Positions 53,230 to 64,000 of a stretch of DNA of 64,000 nucleotides are shown here, one piece after another (position 1 is the first letter of the stretch; each line of letters opens with the position of its first letter). Where the stretch lies: positions 104,098,001 to 104,162,000 of the forward strand of contig NC_091989.1 in assembly GCF_044704955.1 (NCBI RefSeq), in the 5' to 3' direction. The notes below the pieces were generated by a model. The model worked only from the letters and a program-made list of their open reading frames with translations, did no database searches and was not told the DNA's origin. The DNA comes from Pristiophorus japonicus. Its lineage: Eukaryota. A program made the position numbers and the translations under genes.

Positions 53230-55215
53230 AACTATAGTACGGGCTAGGGCCTGGCTGTTACGTCGGTTACTCCGTTTTACAGGATAATACTAGCAAGGTG
53301 AGTTCACTTGCATTACAGCCAGTACATTTAGTCCAGCATAGTTTGTGTATAAGTCCTTTTTAGCCAACATTTTCTCAGTGTTTGAATTATGCCCCACCTG
53401 GAGTATCCTCTGTTTCTTCTATCTTTCCTCCACTTGGGGTCTTCTCTATTCTGTCGAATTTCTGCCCTGCCTGGGTTATCCTCTATGTTGTCGAATGGTG
53501 TCCAATTCAGTCGAGTTTGTTCCTCTTTCAGTTCGATAATCGGTTTTCCTTGTGACCCGATGGCCTTCACATAACCTCCTCAGGTAATGACCATCATTGT
53601 CCCATCGATCTTTCCTCCTTAAGTTCAGGCTTATAATAAACCCGTTTATATCTGTCTCGTCAAGCGGAGTAAAGCAGAAGTCAATATCCATAATGGTGCA
53701 TGAGGTGTACCTTTTTTCATTTCAGTTGCCGTGGTGCTCACACATCAATCTCCATTTCCTCGTGGAACAGACACAATTTAGTAGTCCTGTGGTGGGGTAA
53801 TACTCAAGGTGCACTCATCCACTTAGTTAAATTCACAGTCATCTTTGACCATTCGTAGTGGATCTTGACATAAAGCAATTGGTTATTTTTATAACAATCA
53901 TCTATCCTGAGACTCCTAGTACTGTTGTTCTCTTCAGTTACATGTCTGGTTTGTCATGGTACCGCATGCGCGTTTGATTTCTTATTTCTCCTACATTGCT
54001 TGGTATAGAGGACCTCCCTTTGACACATCATTGTGTGGTATAGAAAGTAAAAAACCTATTATATTTAAATGTCCGGTTACACATCTGGGACCCAAGCATG
54101 ACTGTTTCTCCGCAGCTCGTAGGCATAAGTCATGTTTTTGTCCAAGGTCCAGTTGGTAAATACATCAAGTGTTATCCAATCCGGCACCTTTCTATTCTGA
54201 AGCTGCTCTAGGTTATATTGTATTCCAGTTAGCAACCATGCACCATAGCCTGTACATACTAGTTCTGTCTGTATGGTTTTACTTAAGTTCCGTTCTGCTT
54301 TATTCATTTATAGTTCTGGCATGAGCTCGCAATGTGTGGGCCACTTGTAATAATTCCCTTTCTGCACCATTCCCCAGTTGTGCCTGTATCTTTTCATTAT
54401 ACTCATCCCTTTCCAGCAACCCCTGTAAGGTTCATGTTCGAGCGTTAACACGACCATCTATCGTGTGCAGATCAATAGTATTTACCGTTGCAACTCCCGC
54501 TGCGTATCCCTTGCCTACTATTTCCAGTAACCCCCTTTTTTCCCGATTCCATTAATTACCTGAGATTCTTTTCACATTAAGCTTCATGGTTCTTGATTCA
54601 GGGCCTTCAAGTACCCGCAGTGTCAGGTTTTTATACAAGCTTATAGTGTTTAAATTTAAGAATATTAATTATTCGCTGACGTACCCCGAAGTGTATCTAA
54701 TCCTTGGTCTGTTTTATCAATTTCTCTTTTGCCCCAGCGTTCATACTTCGACACATTTGTGGCGCTGGGGGCGTGATGGTCAAGGACCTGGTCGTGCTCA
54801 CTGTTGCTAAAGTAATAGGTGGGGCCATGTTGGTGGGTCTATCTCAGGAGATATCCTTCCACCACTATTCATAGATGTTGAGTGAAATCTGCACCCCCTT
54901 CCCCCGGGTGCAGTATCTTTGTCCCGCCTGATTATAAAACACACCGCAGTCTTATTCCCACTAATTATTGGTCCTGTATTACTGGCCTATCCCCAATGTT
55001 GTTTAGTTTCCTTGTTAGATTGTATTATGCCCGTTATTAAGTCGACTGTTACTCCGTCCGTCACCATCAGTGTTTTTGATTCTTTATTAAACTAATACCG
55101 CCCGAGTCCCTCTAACACAGGCCTTGCCGTCCCTCAGCCTGTTGTCCTTGATATGAGGCTGCTTTACCCCACGAGCACTAGGATCCTGCTAAAAACAATA
55201 TTTCCCGGTCATCAC
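53230..55215 (-). pseudogene. ERV env, F-protein/spuma-like architecture, degenerate
   Basis: REKR (54545-54534) | GLLEIVGKGYAAGVATVNTIDL, heptad-like stretch, then a Cys-rich region; about 430 codons follow the cleavage site. Confidence 0.78.
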
Positions 55216-55229
55216 CGGTTAGATAGTGA

Positions 55230-57640
55230 CCATGTTTTTTTAACTGGGTCCAGTATTTCCACTTTCCGATACCCCTTATAACTACCATAACTTACCATTA
55301 TTACCTGATAGGGTCCAGTTCATTTGGCTGCGAGCCCGGACCTCTCTGGAGTAATCACCTGACTGCCTATTTGGGATGTTTGGACCTTCTGTTCCTTCGT
55401 GTCGTTCTCCATGTCCTTGATTAAACTAATCTCTAGCCTGTGCCTTTAAATCATATAACTGCTTACAGAGTTGCATTAAAAATTTCCGTATTCTGTCTTT
55501 ATATGGTCCTACATCCTCACTTGCAGAAACCAAGATTTCTTGCAGTCTCATTGCCCTTCCAGTCATTAGTTCAAAGGGTGTCAGTCCTGTCGTCCGACTA
55601 GGGGTTACCCTGAGCTTCATTAGTACTCGGGGTAACATCTCGACCCAACCTTTTCCAGTCCCCTCGATTGTTTTAGCTATGGTTGTTTTTAAGGTCCTAG
55701 TCATTCGTTCCAGCAATCCGGAGGATTCTGGATTGTATGGGATATGGAACTTTTGCCTAATCCCTAGCAAAGTGCAGGCCTGTTTCATCACCTTCGCTGT
55801 GACGTGGGTACCATCTGAGTCCAGTTATAGTGGCATTCCCCATAGGGGTATTATTTCTTCTGCTAGGATCCTGGCCACGGTTTCTGCTGAACAATTTCTA
55901 GTGGTGAAAGCTTCTACCCACTTTGTAAACTGGGCTATTATAACTAGGCAGTATGTCTTCCCTTTGTTGCTGGGTAACAGTCCAGCAAAGTCGAGCTGTA
56001 AGTTTTCCCAGGTCCTTTCGGTCGGGGCTGATGTCCCATTGTGACCTTTACTTTCCTCCCTGGGTTGTATTTTTGCATGTCACGTACCTTCTACAGTGGT
56101 CCCCTATATCTTTACCCATTCCCTTCCACCACCAGCATCTGGACTTCAAGCTTATGATGTTGGTTCTACTTGTATGGACATATGCATGGTATAAATTTAA
56201 TAGGCACCCCTGGATGTATTCCTGGGCCACCACATTCCCATTCTACTAAGGTATGCTGGGTATGTGTCCCGACAGTACTATGCCACTTGCTTATGCCTGT
56301 GCCCAAGTAATGATCTTTACTGTGGTGGGTATAGATGTAAAAGGGCCTATTCTGGTGGGGAAATCCCAGAGCTGGAGCACTTGTGATAGCTTGTTTTAAC
56401 CTTACACCCACAATTTCCTGATCTCGGCATTTCTACAGTAGTTGAATCGCCCTACACTTGCCTGACCCCTTTCACGGGTCCTGGCCTGGGCATTGATTGA
56501 ATTGCTTCCTTTCTGTCCTCGGGCATCTGTCTCTTCTCTTGTGATATTATGTATCCTAGATATGTTACTTCGCTCCTTCCCACCTGCACCTTCCTAGCTG
56601 TGTAGTTAAAGCTAGTACGTATTGTTGTTCTGTGCTGGAGGCAATAAGGATATCATCCACATACTGCAAAAGGATGCTTCCTTCTCCTACGTCTACTGGT
56701 TCCAAAATCCCTGATAATACTCGATGAAATATGCTCGGGCTATTGTGGAATCCCTGTGGCACTCTGGTCTATTTGTAATGTTTTCCCTTTAAAGCGAAGG
56801 CAAATTTTCCTTGGGACGCTTTGTCTAAAGGTATGGCCAAAAATCCATTCGCTATATCCAGCATGGTGAATATCTTATGTTCTGGATCCAGGCCATTAAA
56901 AATTGTGGCCGGACTTGCCACTATTGGTTGTTCTTGGGGAGTCATCTTATTCAGGGCGGTATAATGGATAGTTAGTCATAAGACCTGTCGGCTTTTTTTA
57001 CCGGCCACACAGGTGAATTAGTGGAGGCTTTAACTACCCCTTGTATCTCTAATTCCTGAACTCTCTGACAGACCGCTGCCTCAGCTTCGGGTCTTAATGG
57101 GTACTGTCGGTGAGCTTTGTGCTCGGGTCCAGAAATTTTGAGGGTGGTATCTCTGCTAATCCACAATCTTGCTTGTATTTTGCCCCTAGTGTCGGGTATA
57201 ATTGGCACATGCTACACCATACACCCTATGTTTCCCACTCAGGTTGGATTAGGGTTATTTCGGCCACTCATTGCTGCTGGTGTCCTGGGTGTTCAAACTT
57301 AATTCGGTTTCGGTGCTTATCCCCCAAAATTATCCCGTTGTGCTGGGGATCTAGCAGTACCCCTATCTCTCTTAAGGTATCGATGCACAATATGGTGCCT
57401 TCTGTTTTCTGACAGCACCAGAAATGAGTAGGTAACTTTACCCCCTGTACTTCTAACAACACTATTTCATTTAGGGTTGCTTTCTGATATCACCCACCCA
57501 GTCCTTTTATGTGTACAGTCCTGTAGGTCCGGGGAAAATCTAACTTGGAAACGGACGCTCCTGTGTCTACTCGCATATCGCAGTGCTGGCCCCCTAACAC
57601 TGCACTAATGAACATCCTTTGGATCCCCTAGCTTCCGTCC
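55230..57640 (-). pseudogene. ERV pro-pol (protease, RT, partial tether, integrase with GPY module); RNase H region apparently deleted
   Basis: MRVDTGASVS; TNSPVWPVKKAD; LDIANGF; PQGFHNSPSIFH; LQYVDDILIAS; LQLDF..FTKWVEAF; SSGLLER; TGPYQV. Confidence 0.9.
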
Positions 57641-57649
57641 CATACCTAC

Positions 57650-60150
57650 GCCGGGGGCTGGCAACCCCTCGCGTGTATTGGCTAATCAGAGCATATTGAT
57701 GATATCCTCATTAGAGGGTGTCTCAGATTGGGGCGGTGGTGGCAGTGATAGCAGTGGTGCTGGTACCTGTCTGAGCATGTCCATCAGCTCTTCGCTGGTT
57801 AATGGTGTTCGCTTCTTTGCCTGTGGCGGGCCTCAACTTCCTGCGCCTCCCCCTTACTCCAACAACCTTTGGCCAAATGTCCAAGTTTACCACAATTTTG
57901 ATATCTCCCTTTAGAATTTCCGTAACCTCTCCTTTTCTGCGGGCAATCCCGACTGAAGTGGCCTTCCTGATTGCAGTTATAAACATCTCAGGGGAGCTGT
58001 GCGCGTTGTGTCTCCTCCTCCTTCGTTTCTGCTGCTATCGCTGATGCTGTTTTTTTTGCTATTTTCTCCCTTTGTTCTAACTTTAACTCCTGCCCATTCC
58101 AAAATTTCATCGTAATCATCTCCTATCTTAAATCCTAACTTCATTATCTTTTGATGTGCCTCTCCTAATCCGTCTTTAAACATTTTGAAGAATGCTGCAT
58201 CATTTTTGTCGGGGTCATTAGTTCTAAAGTGGTCTTTGTATTCAATCCACTTTCGTTCCCCGTACTCCCCTACCCTTTTGCCTGCCTTTTGAGTCACATT
58301 CAGTATTCTACTGCAATTGGTTCTAATTGGACCCCAGCATCCTTCCATCCCGTATTTGAGGACATCCAATCTTTGCATTTTCCTTCCCTTATTATGCCAT
58401 TCCCCATCTTGTATCTCTGGTGTCGCTTTGTGCCAATTTATTGGACCCATTTTGGCTTTTACCAGATTATGAATGTCTGATAAGTTTAGGTTATGGGTGT
58501 CTAGCAGTTCTTCCACCTTTTGCCAGAATTCTGTATTCCTACTATTTTATTTATGGGTTGGTAACTCATTCAATAGAATTTTTCTCTCCTGTGGGCTGAG
58601 GGTTACCTCCTGTATGGTAATCTGGGCTGCTCTACGTCCGCTGAAGGGAATGGTGGTTGCGCAAATTGATGCCGCTGATAGATAGCCATTATCATGTGCC
58701 TCGGGCCACTCTACTCCGCACACATTATCCCAGTCTGGTTGACTGTTAGGTTGGGTTTGTGGACTACACTTACCCACCGTGAGGTACATTGGCTCTATTG
58801 TCCTAGATGATGGAGCTAAGGCTGCGCACTGTACTTTCTGTCTGGTCCCGTTTTTTTATTTCTTCCAGCTTGTTTATCTTAGCTGCTAACTCTTGAATTT
58901 GTTTTGTTTGGGTATCTATCTGTCCTCTATAGCAGGTGAGTATTATTACATAGACTTTCTTCATTTTATTTTTATTCTGACTATCCCACCATTTCTTCTG
59001 TCTGTCAGGTGAGTCTTCTTTCTTTTATTAAGAAATCCAAATTAATAATGCCCAGTATAAAACAGCTGTCAATGGAAAGGGGAAACTCCTTTACAGGTTT
59101 GTAAGAAGGCCTGACGTCATTACGTGACTTTGCGTAATCATCCGAAAAATTTTTCCCAAGTCTTTGTGCTTTCAAAACTTGCTTAGAAATTAGGAATCCG
59201 TTAAACCGGCAGAAATCATTAGTAAAATTGTCATAATAAAACCTTCTCATCAGGAAAGACAGCATTTTAGATTAAACTCCAATTTCTCTCAACTTCCATT
59301 TCAAATACTTGCCAAAGATTTTTTCATCGATTTAAAATAAGACCACACATTTTTAATAGCTATTTTCTTTACTGAAATCCAATTTTCCTACAAGCTATAT
59401 ACATTTCAGCATTTCGTTTTTACGGTCCCGTTCACTGAGCAAATCTTGTGTTTTATTTCGTTCGACACAAAATCTAAACTTCTGCGCCGGTTCCATCTTT
59501 TAAAAAAATTCTCTAAGTCCCAGTTTTTTCCTTCCTTTGCTGAGTTTGCATTACTTAGATTTTTTTCCCCTTTTTTTTTAATGACCTTCCTCTACTCCAT
59601 AGTTAAACATCTTTGTTTCTCTTTCTCGGCACAGAACTTCTGTGTCGTGTTTAACTCATAAGCTTTTTATATTTAAACCAATATCTTTTTCACAGCCAAT
59701 TTAAATCTCCGTTCTTCAAATTAGGTTTTGTATTTTAATGATCTTCCTCCAGTCCATTTTCCTAAACATCTTTATTTCTCTTTCTAGCAGCTGCAGCTTT
59801 CAAGGTCGCATTTTTATCTTTTGATAAAAACATGCTGTCCTTTGTAAATTCAATGTGTTTTTCCAGCATTTTTCTTTTCTTTTATTAATTTTGCATTTTT
59901 CTCAGCTAGCATTTTATCACACTGGCCAGTTTTCCTAGGATCCTGGGGTCCTACCCCACTTTTTAGGTTGTATTCCTTCTTTGTTTGCGCTGCACAAGAT
60001 CAATACCGGCTTCTCCATGTTGTTACCGTGTCACACTTTGGGACATACACCTTATTTTTCCTCTAACGATCGCAGGGGGTCCTCTCCCCCTTAGGTTGTA
60101 TTCCTTCTTTTTCAGGCAATACACCTATCACACCCTTGGTTTTCTTCCTT
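57650..60150 (-). pseudogene. ERV gag (split by a solo LTR), with two CCHC knuckles
   Basis: KWWDSQ..LTC, FWQKVEELL, RTNCSRILNVTQK..EYGER; C.NCNQEGHFSRDC and (Y)QNCGKLGHLAKGC. Confidence 0.8.
59003..59921 (-). mobile_element. Solo LTR (919 bp) inserted in ERV gag
   Basis: TG..CA termini; TSD CTGTC/CTGGC; removing it rejoins gag (KTGQ|KKWWDSQ); minus-strand AATAAA about 20 nt from its end. Confidence 0.78.
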
Positions 60151-60318
60151 CCGTGGTTCGCGATAACTTGTTCTACAAATTACCCCTTCTAATTCTTTAT
60201 ACAGATTACCTCCTTTGCCTTAAATGCTACAGCTGCTGGTCGTACAAAACATACTCACTGCCATTCAGCTGTCTCATCATTCAGGTCAGAGGGTCTGCAT
60301 CCTGCTCGTGATGCCAAA

Positions 60319-60881
60319 TGTTGGGGTAAAAAAGAGGTTTCTCTCCTTTAAGGTGGACTAACTGATGTCGTTAATGGACACCTGCCTGTCTTCCACTGTA
60401 TAACGACCACGGAAGTAAACAAACAAAATCCCAGGTTCAAGGGAAGGTTCAGTCGTGGAACCTCCGAAATACAAGAGTTTTCAAGCATAATTTATACAAG
60501 TTTTGGAGGAGAGTTATCTACCTACAAAATCATTGATAGGTCTATTCCTATCAGCGAAGTCACATTGATTTTTTGACTCTTATCAGACAGGCTCTGAGTG
60601 GTACGTGCAACTGTCCTTCTCTCATCATTGTTTTGTTCCATTTTGCCCTCTACCCCAGTCTAAGAGGGTTGTACTGGCTTCTTTATCTCTTCCTCAGGGA
60701 CTTTTACACAAAGCTGCTGACTTCGGCTGTTTAAGTGTTACTAAGGTTAAGCTATAGTTTAATGCATATAAGTGTGCTATACCTATATAAGCAAGTGTTA
60801 CATACATAGGCAACTTATAAGTTCACTACCTTCAGCATAATTCTGACCCCCTATTTGCAACCTTACAGTTTATCCCTTACA
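60319..60881 (-). repeat. ERV 5' LTR
   Basis: tgttgggg...cttaca on the + strand; PBS adjacent. Confidence 0.93.
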
Positions 60882-61899
60882 CTAAGGATGGCCACACTTT
60901 ATGGCAGAAGGTCAGAAAAATGTTACTCTACCGCCCATTTGATATTGCTCACGCTAACGTCTATTTCCAAAAATGTAAACTAGGTGTTTTCAGAATGGGT
61001 GAGAAGCCAATGATCCAAAAACCCTTTTTTAATGCCCACAACGGAAATAACGCCCATTTTTGGGTGCAAAGCTCAAAAGTGGAGGTTCTAGCCCCAAGTC
61101 CTTAATAATAGATTCTAGCAAGTACCCTACTACGGATTTCAGGCTGAATGGCCTATCGTCACGGGATTTCTCTCTCGCTCTCTTCTTCAACAGCATTACA
61201 TTTGTTACCTTCCAATGCACAGGGACCATTCTAGAATCTAGCGAATTCTCGAAGATCAAAACCAATCCATCCACTATCTCTGCACCCATCTCTTTTAAAA
61301 CCATAGTATCTAGGCCGTTAAGTCCAGGGGATTTGTTAGATTTTAGTCTCATTAATTTCTCCCGTACTTTATCTTTACTGATATTAATTACCTTAAGTCT
61401 TCTACTTTGCATCTTCCACTGTGAAGTTAGATACCAAATATTTGTTCAACGTCTCTGCCATTTCCTTATTTCCCATTATAATTTCTCCATTCTCTGCCTC
61501 GAAGGAGCGCACCTTTACTTTTACCAATCTCTTCTGCCTTACATATTAGTGAAAACTATTAAAAGCAATTTTTATAATTCTTGCAATTTTTCGTTCAGCT
61601 TGGACCTGACACCCAACTGTGAACTGCTTTGTAACATTTGCTACAATAAATGTGCTGTATAAATTCAATTTGTTGTCTGTAAATAGGGATGATACATAAT
61701 TTAACATACTACAGAAGAATATAGTAGTCATTTATATACCAAGACAGCAGCGCTCCATATTGTCACTTCATAGACATGACACTACCATGAGATAATATTA
61801 TTTATAAAATGAAAGCCATAAGCAACTGTAGTCTAGATAAGAATAGTAAATCCAGCCAATTTTTATTCTAGGCTAGAGCAAGTGAAAAAGTTACATCAG

Positions 61900-62115
61900 A
61901 AATTTATTAAAATGGAAATCTAAATCTCTTTCTCAAAAGGCTGTGGCTGCTGGGTCAATTGAAATGTTCAAGATTTTACATCGATAAATATGTGTTGGGT
62001 AAAGTGTTTCAAGGGATATGGGGCAATAGCAGGTAAATGAAATTGAGGTACAGTTTAAGCAATATGTCAATGAACAGGATCGAAGGAATGAATGGCCTAC
62101 TCCTGTTCCTATTCT
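61900..62115 (+). mobile_element. CR1 3' end fragment
   Basis: caagggatatggg..tgaatggcctactcctgttcctat. Confidence 0.7.
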
Positions 62116-62688
62116 TCACTAAATTACTTTGCGATGTTATACTATGCCAAACATCACCAATGTGCAATTTTTCATGCCTTGAAAGTACGAAAACATCCCA
62201 CGCTTCTTCCCAGTGACGTAATTGGGCAAAAGTATATAGGTCAGGAGGGTCTCGGTTTGAATATCTTATCTGTGCTGACGTAGCTAATTTCAATCAGTCA
62301 ATAGTAGAGCACTATGACTGGTCTCCTCTGGGCCAAGAAGATGGAGAATTACATGGAGTTTCCATTCCTGATCATTCGCCAGTGACTTCCACCTGTAGGT
62401 CTTAGTTGAGGATTAGATTGGTTCCGATCAATGACCTCCACAACACACACACACAGACACACATATATTTAGGTACACGCACGCGCATGTATACACGCTC
62501 ACGTGAGCCAGTTGACATTGATGGTCCTGTCTCATATTTGAAGAAATCACTTAGGTCAGCAGCCAGTGTTGTGGAAATTGTACAACGTTCTCCATCAGGA
62601 ATCATCACTTTGAGGAGGTGGAAGAATTGGGTGGATAATGAGAGGTTTAAGCTGCTTTTCGTTGTGTTAATTACAGTTGTGATATTTA

Positions 62689-62813
62689 GGCCCGAACGTC
62701 GCCGGAGGGTTCAAGGCCCGAATGTTGCCGGAGGCTTGAAGGCCTGAATGTTGCTGGAGGGTTGAAGGCCCGAATGTCGCTGGAAGGTTAAAGGCCAGGA
62801 TGTCACCGGAGGG
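62689..62813 (+). repeat. 26-bp tandem repeat, about 4.8 copies
   Basis: ggcccgaaYgtYgcYggagggttNaa units. Confidence 0.9.
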
Positions 62814-63134
62814 AAGACTCGTGCATGAGGGCGAGATTGAAGGAGAAAAAGTAGGGTTCAAACCTGTGGTTGGAGCTGGTCGGAGGCTTGCCGGGGGTCG
62901 GTTGGAGCAGCTCAATTGGCCATTGGGGAGCGAGAGTCCAGTTGGAGGGCCCTTGGTAGTAGGGGGGTTGACCTGGAAGGTAAGTCAGGGATGGGCAGTG
63001 GGCCCATGCAACATGGGATTTAGGGGTAGGGGGGCTTAGACTGTCAGCGGGAGAGGGTTGAGGGAGAGAGAGGTGAAGAATGGCAGCAGATGGTCAGAGG
63101 AAGGTTTGTTCGGGGAGAGCTCCATAGAGAGCTG

Positions 63135-64000
63135 CTATCCCATCCGCCATCTCATCAAGTCAAGCTGGTCTGCATCATCGCACCAACCCTCTTCTCGATC
63201 TTTCTCACTGCAATGCTCCACCTCATATTCAAAATGCTCCCCGCTGGAGTGGAACTAAACTATAGAACCAGTGGGAACCTGTTCAACCTTTGTCAGATCC
63301 AAGACCATCCCAACCTCTGTCATCAAGCTACAGTACGCAGACGACATTTGCATCTGTGCACATTTAGAGGCTGAACTCCAAATCATCATCAACATCTTCA
63401 CCGAGGCTACGAAAGCATGGGCCTTACACTAAACATTTGTAAGACAAAGCTTCTCCACCAACCTAACCCAAACACACAGCACTACCCCCAGTGATCAAGA
63501 TCCACGGTGCAGCCCTGGACAACGTAGATCACTTTCCATATCTTGGGAGCCTATTATCAGCAAGGGCAAACTTCGACGATGAGGTTCAACACCGCCTTCA
63601 GTGCACCAGTGCAGCCTTCGGCCACCTGAAGAAGACAGTGTTCGAAGATCAGGCCTCAAATCTGTCTTATAGCTTATCGTCTACAGGGCTCTAGTGATAC
63701 CCACCCTCCTGTATGGCTCAAAGATGTGGACCATATACAGTAGACACCTCAAATCGCTGGAGAAATACCACCAACAAAGTCTCTGCAAGATCCTGCAAAT
63801 CTCGTAAGAGGACAAACACACCAATGTTAGTGTTCTCCATCAGGTTAACATCCTCAACATCGAAGCACTGACCACAGTCAACCAACTCCATTGAGCAGGC
63901 CACATTGTTCTCATAGCTGACACAAGACTCCCAATGCAAGCGCTCTACTCAGAACTCTTATGGAGCAAGCAAGCCCCAGGTGGACAGTGGAAACCTTCCA
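63135..64000 (+). mobile_element. RTE-clade LINE fragment (same family as 6278-7682)
   Basis: IIAPTLFSIFL.AML, YRTSGNLFNL, YADD, VDHFPYLGS, LEKYHQQ. Confidence 0.9.

Larger units (their letters stand above)
52446..60881 (-). mobile_element. Endogenous retrovirus, LTR-gag-pro-pol-env-LTR, lokiretrovirus/spuma-related, degenerate
   Basis: LTRs 52446-53025 and 60319-60881; TSD CTATG/CTAAG; PBS 60299-60316; PPT agggaggaat 53026-53035; VDTGAS, YVDD, integrase, env furin site. Confidence 0.92.
49768..61094 (+). mobile_element. PIF/Harbinger DNA transposon carrying an inserted ERV
   Basis: 20-bp TIR GGGCTAGAACCTCCACTTTT (49768-49787; inverted copy ends at 61094); 3-bp TSD CAA/CAA; HARBI1-type transposase. 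Confidence 0.92.
48945..61560 (-). mobile_element. Degenerate CR1 (48945-49767 and 61095-61560) split by the Harbinger
   Basis: LESIIKDL|..HGF.IGK..LTN is collinear across the insertion. Confidence 0.85.

Noticed and set aside
59003-59921. Lys/Glu-rich coiled-coil accessory ORF upstream of gag
   Set aside because: No sustained ORF; TG..CA ends, TSD and gag rejoining indicate an inserted solo LTR.
52446-60881. Bona fide foamy virus
   Set aside because: CCHC knuckles in gag, a Ser rather than Lys PBS, and no room for accessory genes between env and the 3' LTR.

Overview
Eukaryotic (vertebrate) genomic DNA, not prokaryotic. The repeat content (abundant CR1-type LINEs, Deu-domain SINEs of the SacSINE1 type, RTE, Harbinger) points to a cartilaginous fish such as a shark; this is an inference. 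Most of the window is nested, degenerate transposable elements. Two paralogous Ig-superfamily receptor genes lie on the + strand. Gene A: only its last three cytoplasmic exons are present (2925-3953); they encode a SIRP-alpha-like tail with tandem ITIM-type tyrosine motifs. Gene B (33675-38603): leader, germline-joined VJ-type V domain, C1-set domain, Cys stalk, Arg-bearing TM and a short tail. Its tail is cut by a TAA exactly where gene A has a splice donor, and its former ITIM/ITSM exon survives downstream as a frameshifted relic (40788-40962). This looks like an inhibitory-to-activating/decoy paired-receptor conversion in a non-rearranging, TCR-shaped receptor family. The right third holds a four-level nest: CR1 > Harbinger transposon > an endogenous retrovirus with both LTRs and lokiretrovirus/spuma-like features (YVDD RT, two CCHC knuckles, tRNA-Ser PBS, env with an early furin site and a long Cys-rich F-protein-like ectodomain) > a solo LTR. 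A complete Gypsy LTR retrotransposon, a second solo LTR, a chimeric full-length CR1 and an RTE-tailed non-autonomous element are also present. All calls were made by eye. LINE/SINE boundaries are approximate; exon, LTR, TIR and TSD boundaries were counted to the base.
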